This document shows, piece by piece, positions 1-14,100 of a stretch of DNA of 64,000 bases; within the stretch, counting starts at the first letter, position 1; each line of letters opens with the position of its first letter. Source of the DNA: Lytechinus pictus (taxonomy: Eukaryota); assembly GCF_037042905.1 (NCBI RefSeq), contig NC_087245.1, forward strand, positions 26,104,001 through 26,168,000. The letters are read 5' to 3'. The notes below the pieces were generated by a model that did not search any database, was not told the DNA's origin, and was given only the letters and a program-made list of their open reading frames with translations. The position numbers and the translations under genes were made by a program.

Positions 1-26
1 CGTTATGGCAGCCGATGCTAATAACT
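1..26 (+). CDS. LRP1: LRP1 exon, 5'-truncated; end of YWTD propeller (VMAADANN-C)
   Basis: Ends at donor GTGAGT (27); the final T joins GT of the next exon to make Cys. Confidence 0.8.
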
Positions 27-2087
27 GTGAGTAACTCTGTACATGTATTGTGTGTGTGTGTTTTGAGTTTTTGACAGACATGTGAGCGTTTCATGAAAGG
101 AGTTGTTGGACGTTTTATCCGACAAATCCCATTTTAACTGGCAGTCACAAGCACAGTGGTCCAAGCACAGTAACAGCGGTCCTTGGCCAATCAACATCAA
201 GGAAAGTTGTCACTTGTTGGACGACATTGTTGATGAAACGCTCTGGGACTGACATTAACATCCGAAAGATGTGACCAGCTCAAACCTCGAACCTCTGCTT
301 CAGTTTGTAACTTCCCCAATGTAGCTTGGATAACAGGCGTATGCCACAATGCCAAGTGGTTGGGCAATTAAAATATTGCTTTTGAATATAACACAAATGT
401 ATGCCTCCCTTTCATAAAAATGGCAAAAATTCTCACTTTAGAGTTCTGAGTAAAAAATGTTTATCCCCCGAGAGTTTCTTTACTGATTGACTATCTTTTG
501 TGTTCAAATGAAAGTGATCTGTTTTGTCATCCATGAGTGAGCATACATGGAAGTCTAATTGTCATGTAAAAAATAAATCACTTTGTTATTTTGGGGATAA
601 AGTTTTGTCACAATCTTTTACTGGTGAACATTTGGCTTTAGACCCAGTCACATGTTCTTGAAGGAAATTTCCAATATATGAATTTTGAATTGCTAAAGTG
701 ATTAAGATTATTGAGAGAGAAGACAAAACAAAATGATTTTACTGCAAAAAACTTCTGTAGATAGTTCCACAAACACAATTATGATATCTTAGATCCCGTA
801 AAACAAAGGTTAGCAATTAATGGTATGCTTGATTTTCACGATCGATCGATTGTACATTGTAGTCAATGCAATCAATCGTAGAAAAATGTTCTACGATCAT
901 TGCTAAGCTTTGTGTTACGGATCCCTGGTTGAGTTAGCAAACATCTGTTTATGATCAGGGCCCATTCTTAGAAAGAGTTACAATTGATCCAATCAATCGT
1001 AACTCTATGGAAAGCCATCAGTGTCATGATATTTTATACATGAAATTGCAAAATGTCTTTTGTAAACAAAGGAGAACACACTAAATTGTCAAGAAATCAA
1101 TGAATTTATGGATATACATTCATATCTAGAAATTTTTTTGAACATACATGCATTTTTCTATGTTGACTTTGCTTGCTTTCCATAGTTACGATTGATTGGA
1201 TCAATCGTAACTCTTTGTAAGATGGGGCCCAGGTTATGCCATGCCATGATGATTAATGTGTTTCTTTGTTTGTCTGTCACCAGGTTTCCAATGGCCTTGT
1301 CATGATGATAACGGTGGATGCGATGGTACTTGTCTGACTAATGTAACAGGTCATGTGGTATGTACCTGTCCAGAAGGAAAGCAAGTAGACGAGAGAACTC
1401 GGTGCATAGGTAAAGATAATATCATCTACACTTTATTGATTTTTATTTTGTAATTCTGGCATTGTTTGTGAATAATGAATGAAGTACACAATATTTGCAC
1501 AAACCATTTTGCTGTCTATGAAATATGGTATTTAAATATGTTAGTTTGTCTTATGGAAGATGAAATGTATCGTCTCAAGACAAAACTGTCTTTTATCTTT
1601 TTTTACTGTGCTTTATTCAGAATCGCCAAATAAGCATGGCCATGTTAGGGTTAAATAGACTTATTCTTCATTTGCAAACTGTATTGAGATGTCGTCTGCA
1701 CTACATTCAAAACTTTCATGGAGTTCATTGTTGTTTGATAATTGACCTCTTAATGTGGAGGATTATGGCCCAGTGGATTAATCTCCAGACTTTGAAACAG
1801 TGGGTTATGTGTTCAAATCCCAGCCATGGCATAATTTTTCCTTGGCAAAAATTGATACCCAAGTTGCTGCACTCTATCCAGATGAGGGAAATGGGTTGGG
1901 TACCTGTCAGGAACTTATTCCTTGAAACGCAGTGCGCGTAACAGCTGCTCTGCTTGAGCCGAGGTAATTACGCTGCTTTACTGTAGAGTGCTTTAGGGAC
2001 TTCTGATAAAGTAAATGTTAAATGCTATATAGGTTGTTATTGTTGTTATTATGATTATTATTATTGTTGTTGGTTTATGATTATTAT

Positions 2088-2125
<38 letters not shown>

Positions 2126-5100
2126 TTATTGTTATTATCATCATCATCGTCATTATCATCATCATCATTGTCATTATCATCATCATCATCATCATCATCA
2201 TTATCATCATCATCATTATTATCATTCAAATTATTATTATTATACAGATGTTGAAACTAATTGTCAAGTTGGAGAGTTCACCTGTACTGATGGAACATGT
2301 AGTAGATATGAAGACACGTGTGATGGTATAAATCAGTGCGCAGACGGGTCAGATGAAGATTCCAGATACTGCAGTAAGTCAAATTGTATTATTATTTTCA
2401 CACAAAACGGCTGTTGAATCAAGTTTTCAAAGGAAAAGAAAACACAACCCCTGCTGTTCCAGAGCCCGTAACATAAAGCTTAACAATTGATCATTGGCAA
2501 GGGTGTGAGCGTTCAGATTTTTTGTTTTGATTTTCAGCTTAATTTCAGCTTATGTTTGGCTTTCCTCTGTACAAAAAGTATGGGAGCTCTTTCTATTTCA
2601 GACCTTTTCAACACTCTGCTTTTTTCAGATCTTTTATTGTGACCACTCACACCCCTGCATTGGGCTGATTTTTGTTTACAATTGATCATACACAATAATC
2701 AGTACAATCAATTTTTAGAAATCAGCTCCATGATCAATCGCTAAGCTTCATGTTACAAGGGCCCAGGGGAGCGTTTCATCAACATTTTTGTCTTACAAGT
2801 TGTCAGATCTGACATCTCTCATAGAATTGGATTGGCTTAGAGGCACTGTTACTGTGGTAACTGTCTGATAAAGTGGGATTTGTCGGATAAAATGTCCGAC
2901 AAGTCCTTTCATGAAACGCTCCCCAGGATGCAAAATAAAAATTGATTACTCAGTTGCTGATTCTATCATAAATGCAATCCTGTAGGAATGAAAGACAGGA
3001 ACGACCAGAGATTTGTAAGTCAAATGGTCAGTTATTTATTTGTTGTTTATCAAGATATCTATAATTTGCCACAAGGGCACCACCATACACTTTCAGAATT
3101 CTTCTTGTTGGTATGGTCTATGTCTCGTACGTGCAGAGGATGTCCGTTGGGTGCTCTTACTGTCTTTGGCATGGTGTATGGTGAACCTTGATTATTTGCT
3201 CAAGTTTTAGGTAGTTACTTACCTCTATTTTGTATAAAAAAGTTCAGGTATTGTAACTTATTCACTGTTACAGTTACAGTGTACAATAAAATCTCTCATT
3301 CTGTCCTAAGCAACCTTTTCTACTTTCAGCATTGTTAATTCATCATTTTGATAAAAAGAAATGCAAACTACACCCCAATACCTGACTTGTACTCTACCCA
3401 TTCAGTCATCTCTCTTTGTGATTGGGACACGTTGAAACATTTTTTTTTCTATTATATAAATATTGATACCAGCTTTTGACAAAGTCATGAAATGAGCCTG
3501 CCTTGATTTTAATTTCTGAATGCAGGTCATCGGGTCTGTCGTGAGGACCATATGAGATGTAATAATGGTCGATGTGTTCTAGCTGACCGTCGCTGTGATG
3601 GCAAAGACGACTGTGGTGATAATAGCGATGAACTCAATTGTGGTAAGCTCGTTGATACTACTATCATTAATATGATTTCAAATCTGAAGCAATTCATGAT
3701 TGTACCATTTTAGAGTTTTTCTCTCTTTGGGTTCATTCATTGAATTAAATTTCCTAGGCTAAAATCACATATAAGATCACAAAATGAAATGCGAAGACAA
3801 AACTTTGTAATTTTTGGGAGATTATTCAGTCATGCTGTTTCCCTCTCTTTTTATTAAGTGTTCCCATCATGCATTGCTGATCAGTCAGTTTGACCCAGGA
3901 AGTAATGGTCAACCTTGGAATATGTGTTTGAATCCCAAGAAAAAAAATCATGGCTGAGATCTCTGTTTCTTACAATCATGGACCTATTACAAATGGACAT
4001 TCAACAAATCCCCCTTTGAAACATGTCCGGTCACCGCTAACTCCTTTTATCAACAAAGCGCGAACAGCTGATGCTCGTCAAGCCAATCGTAAATGATGCT
4101 GTCACTGACGGACAGCATACATCAATTGTGTGCTGCTCCCACACATTGCAATGTTGTTCATTCACTTCAAGAAGCAGTTCACACAGCAGCTACGCCAGCG
4201 CTATCAAAATGACCGCAGAAACAAGAAAACAGCCTTGTATTTCCATAATAATTTTAATGTACATTGCAAATAACCACACACAGAATTCATTGTTATCACT
4301 GTGCAGATCAGAATTTGTCAAGTTTACGTTGCACATGTATTATAGAATGTGTGGTGACAGGCAGGAGTAGAGAGTAGATATGATATGATACAGGTGACTC
4401 TTCCTGTGTTGAATCTCTATGGACCATAGAAATCTTTTTAACTTTATAGGAAAATAATTTTGGTTGATATTAACATATCTCTTGCATAATCTGAAATGAT
4501 GCTTCGAGCTGGACGATTACTCGACACGTAGAAGGTTGACTTGTGCAGAGCCTTCTGTATTTATAAGTTGTAAAGAAGGATGGTTTTGCTTGTAGATTTT
4601 ACATCATATCAATTGAAGCAAATCTTTTGTAAAAGTTCATTTTTATCTGTTGTTTGATATTGAACATGAAGTGTAATCTATATTTATTTTCAGGTTGTAA
4701 AGAGAATCAATTTCAGTGTAGGAGCGGTGAATGCGTACCATTAAGCGGTAAATGTGACCATCGACTAGACTGCCAGAACGATGGGTCAGATGAAGACAAA
4801 GAAGAATGCCGTAAGTAACTGTCAATTTCTACATTATGATTCTCTCTTTTCAGATGATTTTTAAATGTTTGCATGGGGGTACAGATTATGAAGAAGAGGA
4901 ATACGGCCATGTGGTTGGTTCTGAAAGTGGTATGAACAGAAGCTGACTAGATAGTGAAAGAGATTGAGTGGGAATCGAAAGGCAAGAAAGAGATAGATTA
5001 GAGAGGAGAATAATATTTCGTGGGATGAGGTAGAGTCCTTAATTAGACTAAACCATACAAGATGTGATGAACAGGGCCGCGTCTTACAAAGATTAACGGT

Positions 5101-8100
5101 TGATCCGATCGATCGTAACTATGGAAATCCATCAGTGTCATAATTTTTTTATACAGGAAATTTGCAAAATGTCCTTTGTAAACAAAGGAGAACACCCCAA
5201 ATTGTCAAGAAATCAATGAATTTATGGATATGCATTCATATCTAGAAATTGTTTTGAACAAACATGCATTTTATTAATATGTTGACTTTTTTCCATAGTT
5301 GCAATTGATTGGATCAATCGCAACTCTTTGTAAGATGGGCCCCAGATGGGTCTAGGGGTCTCAGCAGTGATGATCAGACGAGACAAGATTAATTTTATGT
5401 ATTATATTAGATCAAAGACTCTTATCATACTGTACGTACTATTCTTAACATTTTGAATCATTTGTTTTGTAGTTAAGGATTACAGCTCCAAAGGTAGAAA
5501 TTTCTCATATGATTATTTATTTTAAAGTTTTTTGGGCAATCATTCACGTTAGGGCGGAGGCCTGCCTGTATGCCATATAGGTACCACACATAAATCTGTT
5601 TGGATCGAAAGCTTTCTGAGGACAAAAAAACTCCTCAATTTAAGACACTTGAGGTTAGGTGACTTGAGGTCATGTTTCAGGTGTGCATTTCCATTGCTGG
5701 GTAATGGGTATATACATGTACAGTCCGACCTCTCTTATCCGGACACGTTGGGACCAGCACCAATCCGGATAAGGGATTTATCCGGATCTGGGAGACCCAA
5801 TATTAAATACACGCAGCTGCCTCCGCAATAGAAGCTGCACGTAGTCTATTTAGTGGGCATACACAGACAGTATTCACTGCAGTGTCAGTGCAAATTATAG
5901 GCGGTATTTTTACGGAAATAAAATCGATTGGTGGCCAAAACTGTTGGATAATTTACCTGCTCAAATGATTGAGGTATAAATCGAGCATACTTCGAAAGAA
6001 AGAGAATGAATGACTCGATGAAACTAAGTTTTACAATAAGATCATCGCGGCGGCTATCGCAGCTTCGCAATGTCAGCCATTGTTACACTGACTGTAGGCT
6101 TAAACATGATAGATGGCGCTGTCCGTATTGAGGCCTAGCGTTAGCTAGTGAGACATGTGTTGTTTTTCCCGGGAAACAAAAAGAGAACGTGATGAAATGT
6201 TTACATTGCGCCCCATTTTCCTGGAAAATTATCCTGCCTAAGTTCTTTCGGTGATTTGGGTGAGATATTTTCATGAAAAATAATGTTGTTTTAGGTAGAC
6301 TATATTGAAAAATATATGTAATCAAAGGGAGTTTGCCTATAGGATTGAGTTAAGATTGCCATCTCAATTTACTCACGTATTAAATCTCGGCAAATGTGCG
6401 TCCGGATAATAGAGAGATCCGGATAAGGGGAGGCCGGATAAGAGAGGTCGGACTGTATATGTGTATTTAATTCATCCAAAGGTCTTCCCATCTCTTTGAA
6501 TGGACAAAGTTATCATCTGTAACAGTGGAGAGCAGAGCAGAGATTATTCCTTCAGTTTCAATTACCACCATAGATTCAAATACTTATTTGAGGAATACAT
6601 TTAGATGTCATATTGTGACCATGTTTGAGCCAGGGGAATAATTCTTCAATTGATTATTGATTATCATTCATTTCATGGTTTTTTTTTATATATAAAACAG
6701 CTGAAGTAGACTGTGCAGAATGGGGTAAAAAGACGTTCTTATTACTACCTAATGGTACTACCTTTGTGAACTGTCCAAACGTCTCAGTTTGTATCTTCCA
6801 TTCTTGGATATGTGATGGAGTTAATGACTGTGGTGATGGTAGTGATGAAAGAAATTGCAGCTCAGGTCAGTATATACATGTATTTTTCAATGCCCTGTGA
6901 ACATTGTGCAACTATAATTGAATGTCTTTCAAATATTCTCAACAAGGATAGATTTATTTAGTCTTTGTATGATCCGTGGAGCGCTGTGGCCCAGTGGATT
7001 AGTCTTCGGACTTTGAATCAGAGGGTCGTGGGTTCAAATCCCAGCCATGGCGTATTTCCCTCAGCAAGGAATTCATTCACTGTTTGCTGCACTCTACCTA
7101 GGTGATGTAAATGGGTACGGACAGGAAGAAATTCCTCAAAAAGCCGTGTGCGCCTCAATCGGTTGCCTAGCTTAGCCGGGGTAATAATAATAGCAGGGAC
7201 TTTTTTAAAGCGCCACGAGCACCGAAAGGTGGACCTGTGCGCTATGTAAGTAGCCACCATGATTATTATTATGTAAGAAAATACTCTGATTTTGAACAGA
7301 CAGGACTTTATACATATATCATTTTCTTTACGTAACATTTAAAGTGTTTTCTCTACATCTGTTCCATGAAATTTTGTACAATTTATTGTGTGTATCTTAA
7401 TTTTAATGTGGCTGATAATGCTTTTAAACTGATTGAATTACTTTTTACCGCAAACTGGATTGCCCTCATTGCCTTCCTGTAAATCCTTGAAGAAATATAT
7501 GTATTTCTTTGTCATGAATGTGAAAGATTTCTGTTTTTATTATTTCAGATTCCCCAACAAGGGCACAATGTGAAGAAGGTCAATTTCAATGTCGTAATGG
7601 CCGATGTATCCAGCAGTCCTGGGTATGTGACAGAGAGAATGATTGTGGCGATAACTTTGATGAAGAGCAAGAAGAATGTTGTAAGTTAAAACTTTGGGTA
7701 ATGCTTCATTTTTATTGATTTAACATTTGTCATTATTAAAAAGGTTGAAGAATGTAGTTGTAGCAAGGGTTATTTCTTGAGAAAGTCTTTAAAATAGTGG
7801 TCACGGTATTATCATTGATCTAGATCTGGTACATTAACATAAACTTAACTTTGTGAAATCATGAAATCTTAGCTGAAACCAAAATTGAATAACTCTGAAA
7901 ACCACTATAACAGAAAAGCATATGTGGAACGTTATAATATTGCATGAAAAAGACCTGACGTCTAAATGAAATGCTGTGTTTATTTTGCTAATTTCTCTAC
8001 AATTATACATTTTTTTCAGGGCATTGTTTTAAAAAATTGATATGTATATTTATATATCAGGGATGCCACTTTTTCGTCTTTATACGGAATTCCGGCTTTT

Positions 8101-11100
8101 CCCCTGCTACATGTATCTGTCTTATTTCCGTATTTCCGACTTTTCCTGTTTTCTGTCTATTAAAAAAAATTGGAAAGTCCTCCTTTTTTCCCCTCTCTCT
8201 CTCAATTGCGATGCATGTCGATCGACCGAGTGAGAGATATTTGCTATTATACAGTATATAGTTTATAAACGCGCGCACTACCCACTACGTTCATTGAGTT
8301 ATGCTTTTATCAAAGCTTTCCGATTAGAATTTTCGATATCCTGGCCAATCAATACGAGCGACAAGTTCCGAACGCACGCACATAGACAAGCGCAAAGCAG
8401 CGGCACAAATCGCGATATATATGATTGGTAAATACGTCTGTAAGGATGACAACGTCATCCAAGATGGCAACTTACGATGACTAACAAAAGGATCGAGGAT
8501 GACTGTGTTTTGAACATCATTTGAGAGGACTTAGCGGTAACTGCGGTCTAAGGTACGATGATTCTGAATTTTATATATTTTCTCGTAAATTTGGATGTAA
8601 TTATTTCTTTATAATGTGACATTTTGTGTACAAAAAAAAACATCTGAAAATCGGGTTTCCGCCGAATGTTAGATCTAACGTTACTGCTGATAGGTTGTCT
8701 TTACATATGGGCCAACAACTCTTCAGTCTATGTATTGGTGAGTGGAGCCAACGCGGTTTAGTGGAACAACCAAAATACAGAGACTGAAGCTTTTGGTCTA
8801 GCATTCTAGGAGCAACACACAACTACCGTCAGTTTTTCAAACCTTGACTTCAAAGTCATTGATCACAACAAGATAAGAAGCCACTTGGAAAAACCACACC
8901 CTCAAACAAACAAGGGGGTCATGCCCCAATTCACTGTTCTTGGACACTGTCCCTGCCCGCGATAAATTTCAGTGTTTTTTTAGGACACCTAGTGGCATCA
9001 CTGATATGTACATGCTCACTTGGGTGGTCATTTTATTGGATTATGTTCGGGTTCATTTTGAGAATGTTACCACAACTGGCATTTATCTTTAAACTTGACT
9101 CTGAATTTGAAGAAGTAGATGGATAAAAGCATGTTATTCTCTGTCAAACTGACTGATACTTAGATATACTTTTGTTGTAGCTTTTACCTGTCTGCCTGAT
9201 CACCAGCAAAGTGCAAGTGGTCATTCCTTTATTCTTCATCAAACTGACCAATACTTTGATACACTTTTCTTACAGCTTCTACGTGTCCACCTGACCATCA
9301 CCAATGTGCCAATGGTCAGTGCATTCATAAGTCTTGGGTCTGTGACAGGGATAATGATTGTGGAGATAACAGTGATGAGAATGAAACTCTACACCATTGT
9401 TGTAAGTATGCAACTATTATTTTCAGAACTCAGGGTTGTAATTATTAAATATTCCCCATATCAACTAATATTTAAACATACATTTAGGTGAATGTTTTAT
9501 ATCAGTGTTTGTGCCGAATTCTGTTCAATTTATATCAAATCAGCAGAAGGGTTTATATTAAACTCTTTAAAAAAGTAAAACAGTAGCATTAACATGTATT
9601 CATGTAAATGAGCATAAATGCATACATGTAGAAGTGTGTTTTTGTTATAAATAAATTTATATTATTTCATTATTCGTATTTCATGTATTGAATTACATGT
9701 TTATGAAGATTTGTAGATTTCTATTTCTAATTAATCATAATGAAAAGATGTTATATTTAAATTGAATCAATTAATGCAAACTATTATTCTTCTTTATTGA
9801 ATTTTGTTACTGGTATATAGTAAGATACAAAGTTTTGTAGTCAGAAGATGAAATACAATGATATGAACCCATTTTATATTTTGCATTTTTTAGCAAACCA
9901 TAACTGTACCGGTGATATGTTCCGCTGCACCAACCAACGCCGATGTATATCTAGATCGTGGGTTTGCGATGGTGAAGATGATTGCGGAGATGGTCAGGAT
10001 GAAGAGGGTTGCCGTAAGCTTACACCACACTTTTTCATTTTGGCCCTGATTTTACAAAGAAGCATGATTGATCTGATCACACACAACTTGGGAAGCGAGT
10101 AATATCAATGTCCAGAATGCATTTCTTGCTCATGGTGTTTTCTAACTTATACTCATGCTTGCATCATTTGCCTTGACAATTCGGGCGAGTGTTTTCTTCA
10201 ACATTTGTCATCTGCTAGTGTGTCAGATCTGACATTTTTCTGTGATTTTGATTTGCTGAGAGGCATTGTTACTATGATAGCTGTCAGATAAAACAGGACT
10301 TGTCGGATATAACATTCTGCAAGTCCTTTCATGAAACGCTCACCTGTATGCCCCTCCTTGTTTCCAAACGGATGTTCTGTACATTTTCCAGATGGAGAAT
10401 TATGACATTGATAGATTTCCATCGTTGCAATTGATCAGATCAATCACAGCTGCTCGTGAAACCAGTTACTGATGTAAGGGGATCGTAAGGTTTGAATAAA
10501 AATAGGTCTAACTATGCTATTAATGAAACAACCCATTAAAGGCCCATTGGTGTTTTCTTTTTTTCTGAATAAGGTATGAGCACAAGTGTAATGATTATAT
10601 AAATAGAAAATGCATTTGATGATTAAGTTTAGGTACAGTTTAATAATCACTGAAGTTGATTTACAGAAAAATCAAGGCGGCATAGTTACAGGGGATTTTA
10701 TTTCAAACAAAGTCATGGAAATATTAGTTTTTTCGTATCCACTAAAATGAAGCATGGTGAATCATTGTGGTTTGATGCTTAGCAGACATGGTTATGATAT
10801 TCCTTTGTCTCTGTTGTTATATAGATATAAATCTATGTAGAGATGGTGAGTTCTTTTGTGCCAACGGCCGGTGTATTCAGAGGTCCTGGGCTTGTGATCA
10901 CGATGACGATTGTGGAGACGGGTCAGACGAGCCTGAAGATGAATGTGGTATGTTATTATACTTATTATAATATCCATGTATCTTATTCTAAGATTGTTAT
11001 CACTGGTGGGTCCAAACTGCATCATGTGCCACAGTGCGTTTCCGTCTATCGTCTCAGGATTTTGACTTGCTTCCAATTTCTTCTACCAAACCCTGTTATA

Positions 11101-14100
11101 GAAAGTGTAGCCCCTGAGGGCGGGGCCACAAGTTGTGTTGCTATGCGCATGGCTAACTTGCTCCAGCAACTGGCTGGTGCTGCTCAGTTATGTATGGTCA
11201 GCCTTCGGTCAACAGGGGCCGCGGAACGGTTTTCAAAGTGGGGGGGCTGACCATGCAAAAAATCACAATCATATGGTAATTTTTACGTTTTTGTACACGG
11301 TTTTGGAAAAAAGTGGTGGGGCTGAAGCCCCGCCAGCCCCCCGCTTCCGCAGCCCCTGGTCAATATTTGTATACTATTGAATCCTGCAAAGTCATGTATG
11401 GATGTAACAAAAGAAATCCGTAGATGGCAAAAAGATGACATTGGCACATACATCATGTACATACAAAGAATAGAACACCATTTGTCATTATGAAGAACAT
11501 TGATTACATGATGATCTATAGTGCTATATGATTGATGGAAGTACATAATTATTAAATTAGTTAAATTCAATTGTTTTTTAATTTCCACTTTCAATTTTTC
11601 ATATCTACAATTATTATACAGAACATAACTAATTATTAAAGAGAACATAACTAACAAAAATTGAGTATTGCACTTTCACAAGTGCATGAGTTGCGTTAAA
11701 TATACCTGTATGTATACATACATGTGTGAACCATGAAAAACATGTAAGGAAAATAATTAAAAGAGATAACAGTATTATATACCTTCTTATTATTCACCCT
11801 TGATTCCCACTCTCTCTTTTTATTGGATATCATGGAGCTTTTGGTTGATAATTTTGGTTAAAGATTTTTGAGGAATGGGTTATTAGGGAGGGCAGCTTAG
11901 TAAAGTTATGGTATGTATTTATCATGTCCACAACTGTTTTTATCCATATTTTTTTTTTACTTGCGTGTTTAACGGATTGGTGAGTTATTAAAATTAGCTT
12001 ATTTTTGCTCAATATATGAAAGGCTTAGCTTCAGCCCTTGTGCTCATTGGTCAATATGTTCACCATTTGATTTGATTTAATTATTTTTCCTCCCGTTATG
12101 ATGTGATGTATGTGGTCAATTTTATACACCGGAAATTGCATGAATAACACTGATTACTAGATTAAGTAGCACACACATGTCTTTATAAAAGGATTATTTT
12201 ATTCACCTGACCTCAAGTCTTAATGCCATTTATTGTTTGTTAAATTTCTGATGAGACAATTACAATTTCATGTAATATTCTTGTACACAATGTAGTCTTT
12301 TACTATTTGTTTTTTTTTTCTACTGTTTTATATCATTTTCTTGTCATATCAATCAGCATTCATCTTGTCTAATTTAGTGTGTGATTATTGTTATGCAATG
12401 TATTGCAAAGGACCATTCTTATTCCCAGCAAACACTATTAAATGGTACTCTGCACTGAAGGAGTGTATTGCTCCCAGGTTCCTATTGTTTTGCTTACATG
12501 TGGAGCAAGTGCATATGTGTGTCTCGCCGTGTTAGTTCCATTGTCATACGTGAACCTTTTTATTTGTTCTTCACAATCCAGAGTCCAGAGATGTATTCTT
12601 GCATTTCACAATCTTTTGCGCCCTTATTGTGGCATCACTACTGTGCATTCATCATGAGAAATGTGTTGACAATGGTGTACTCGACACAGAAATCACTGTA
12701 TTTCTCTCTTTTATAATTGAATCCAAAGCATTCCAGGGATCTCACTGCTACATTTATTTCTTCTGATTAATTCCTATTCTTCCCTGCGACTGGAATTCCA
12801 GTCAGTCAATGTTCATTGAATAAATCAATTTTCTTTCTTGGTACTTGCTATCTACATGTTGGTAAAAGTTGTTGACCCGCAGTTGGAAAAGTTGTCCTCT
12901 CATGATCATGAATGTTTGTGGTGCCTTTATTATGAAATGCTGAAGTAAGAATAAACGATCGATGCATTTTTGGTAATGTGCTCAGAGGTGCAATGAGTAG
13001 GATTTATCCTATTTAGTAGGATGTCTAAGGGGAAAATGACACTAAATCTGATTTTTCCCCCAGAGATAAGTTTTTGAAACTTGTAAGAATGATGATTTTT
13101 TTTTTTGGGGGGGGGTATGTTTTTCAAAATTTGAAAGAAAAATAGGATTTTAGGCTTGAAAATAAGATAAAGAGAAATAAAGAATAGGATATTTTCACAA
13201 TTAGGTTTGGCAGCTCTGTGTGCTGCATATTGCTTAACATGACGTGCATTGGTTTGATATTGGTTTGTATGGAATCTTATTATTTTCTAAAGAATTTCCA
13301 GCATGTCTTGATGATCAGCACAGATGTAGCAATGGTCGTTGTATTCCTAAGGACTGGGTCTGTGACGGGGATAAAGATTGTCATGATGATTCCGATGAAA
13401 ATAATTGCGACTGTAAGTATATCACTTTATTTAATGTGAATACAGGGCTCCGTTGCACAAAGCTTTAAAGGGATGGTCCGGGCTGAAAGTATGTATACAC
13501 TGTAGCTTAATAAATAGAGTAGAATTTACTCAGCAAAATGCCGAAAATTTCATCAAAGTTAGATAACAAATAACAAAGTTATTGAATTTTAAAGTTTGGC
13601 AATATTTTGTGAAAACAGTTGTCATGAATATTCATTAGGTGGGCTGATGATGTCACATCTCCACTTGTTCTTTTGTATTTTATTATATGAAATTAGTTTG
13701 ATTCAAATTTTTTCCTCCAAGAACTAGAAAAATTGGATTGACAACTGATTTAGTGCATTAGATATTTATTGCTGCAACTTATTTCATTATAAGGGAGACA
13801 TATTATTCACACAAGTATGAATTAATGAAAAAATTATGATTTTAGGTAATAACATAAGAAAACGGAAAGTGGAGATGTGACATCATCAGCCCACCTAATG
13901 AATATTCATGACGACTGTTTTCACAAAATATTGCTTAACTTTAAACTTCAATAACTTTATTATTTGTTATCCGATTTTGATAATATTTTCAGCATTTTAC
14001 TCAGTGATTTCTACTCTATGTATTAAAATACCAATATTTTCAGACCGGATCATCCCTTTAATAGCGATGGTTGTACAATTCGGTGGCTTCACAATATCGT

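Noticed and set aside
1993..2331. Poly-D/N/T and poly-I/S ORFs in the track
   Set aside because: Translations of the compound microsatellite; only 2248..2373, in another frame, is coding.
3980..4380. 99-aa ORF or enhancer-like non-repetitive stretch
   Set aside because: No domain similarity or fitting splice sites; short transcription-factor-like motifs are not distinguishable from chance.
6976..7050. tRNA gene calls for A/B-box sequences (also 1755, 26552, 49027, 62372)
   Set aside because: No clean cloverleaf acceptor stem; each continues into a SINE body.
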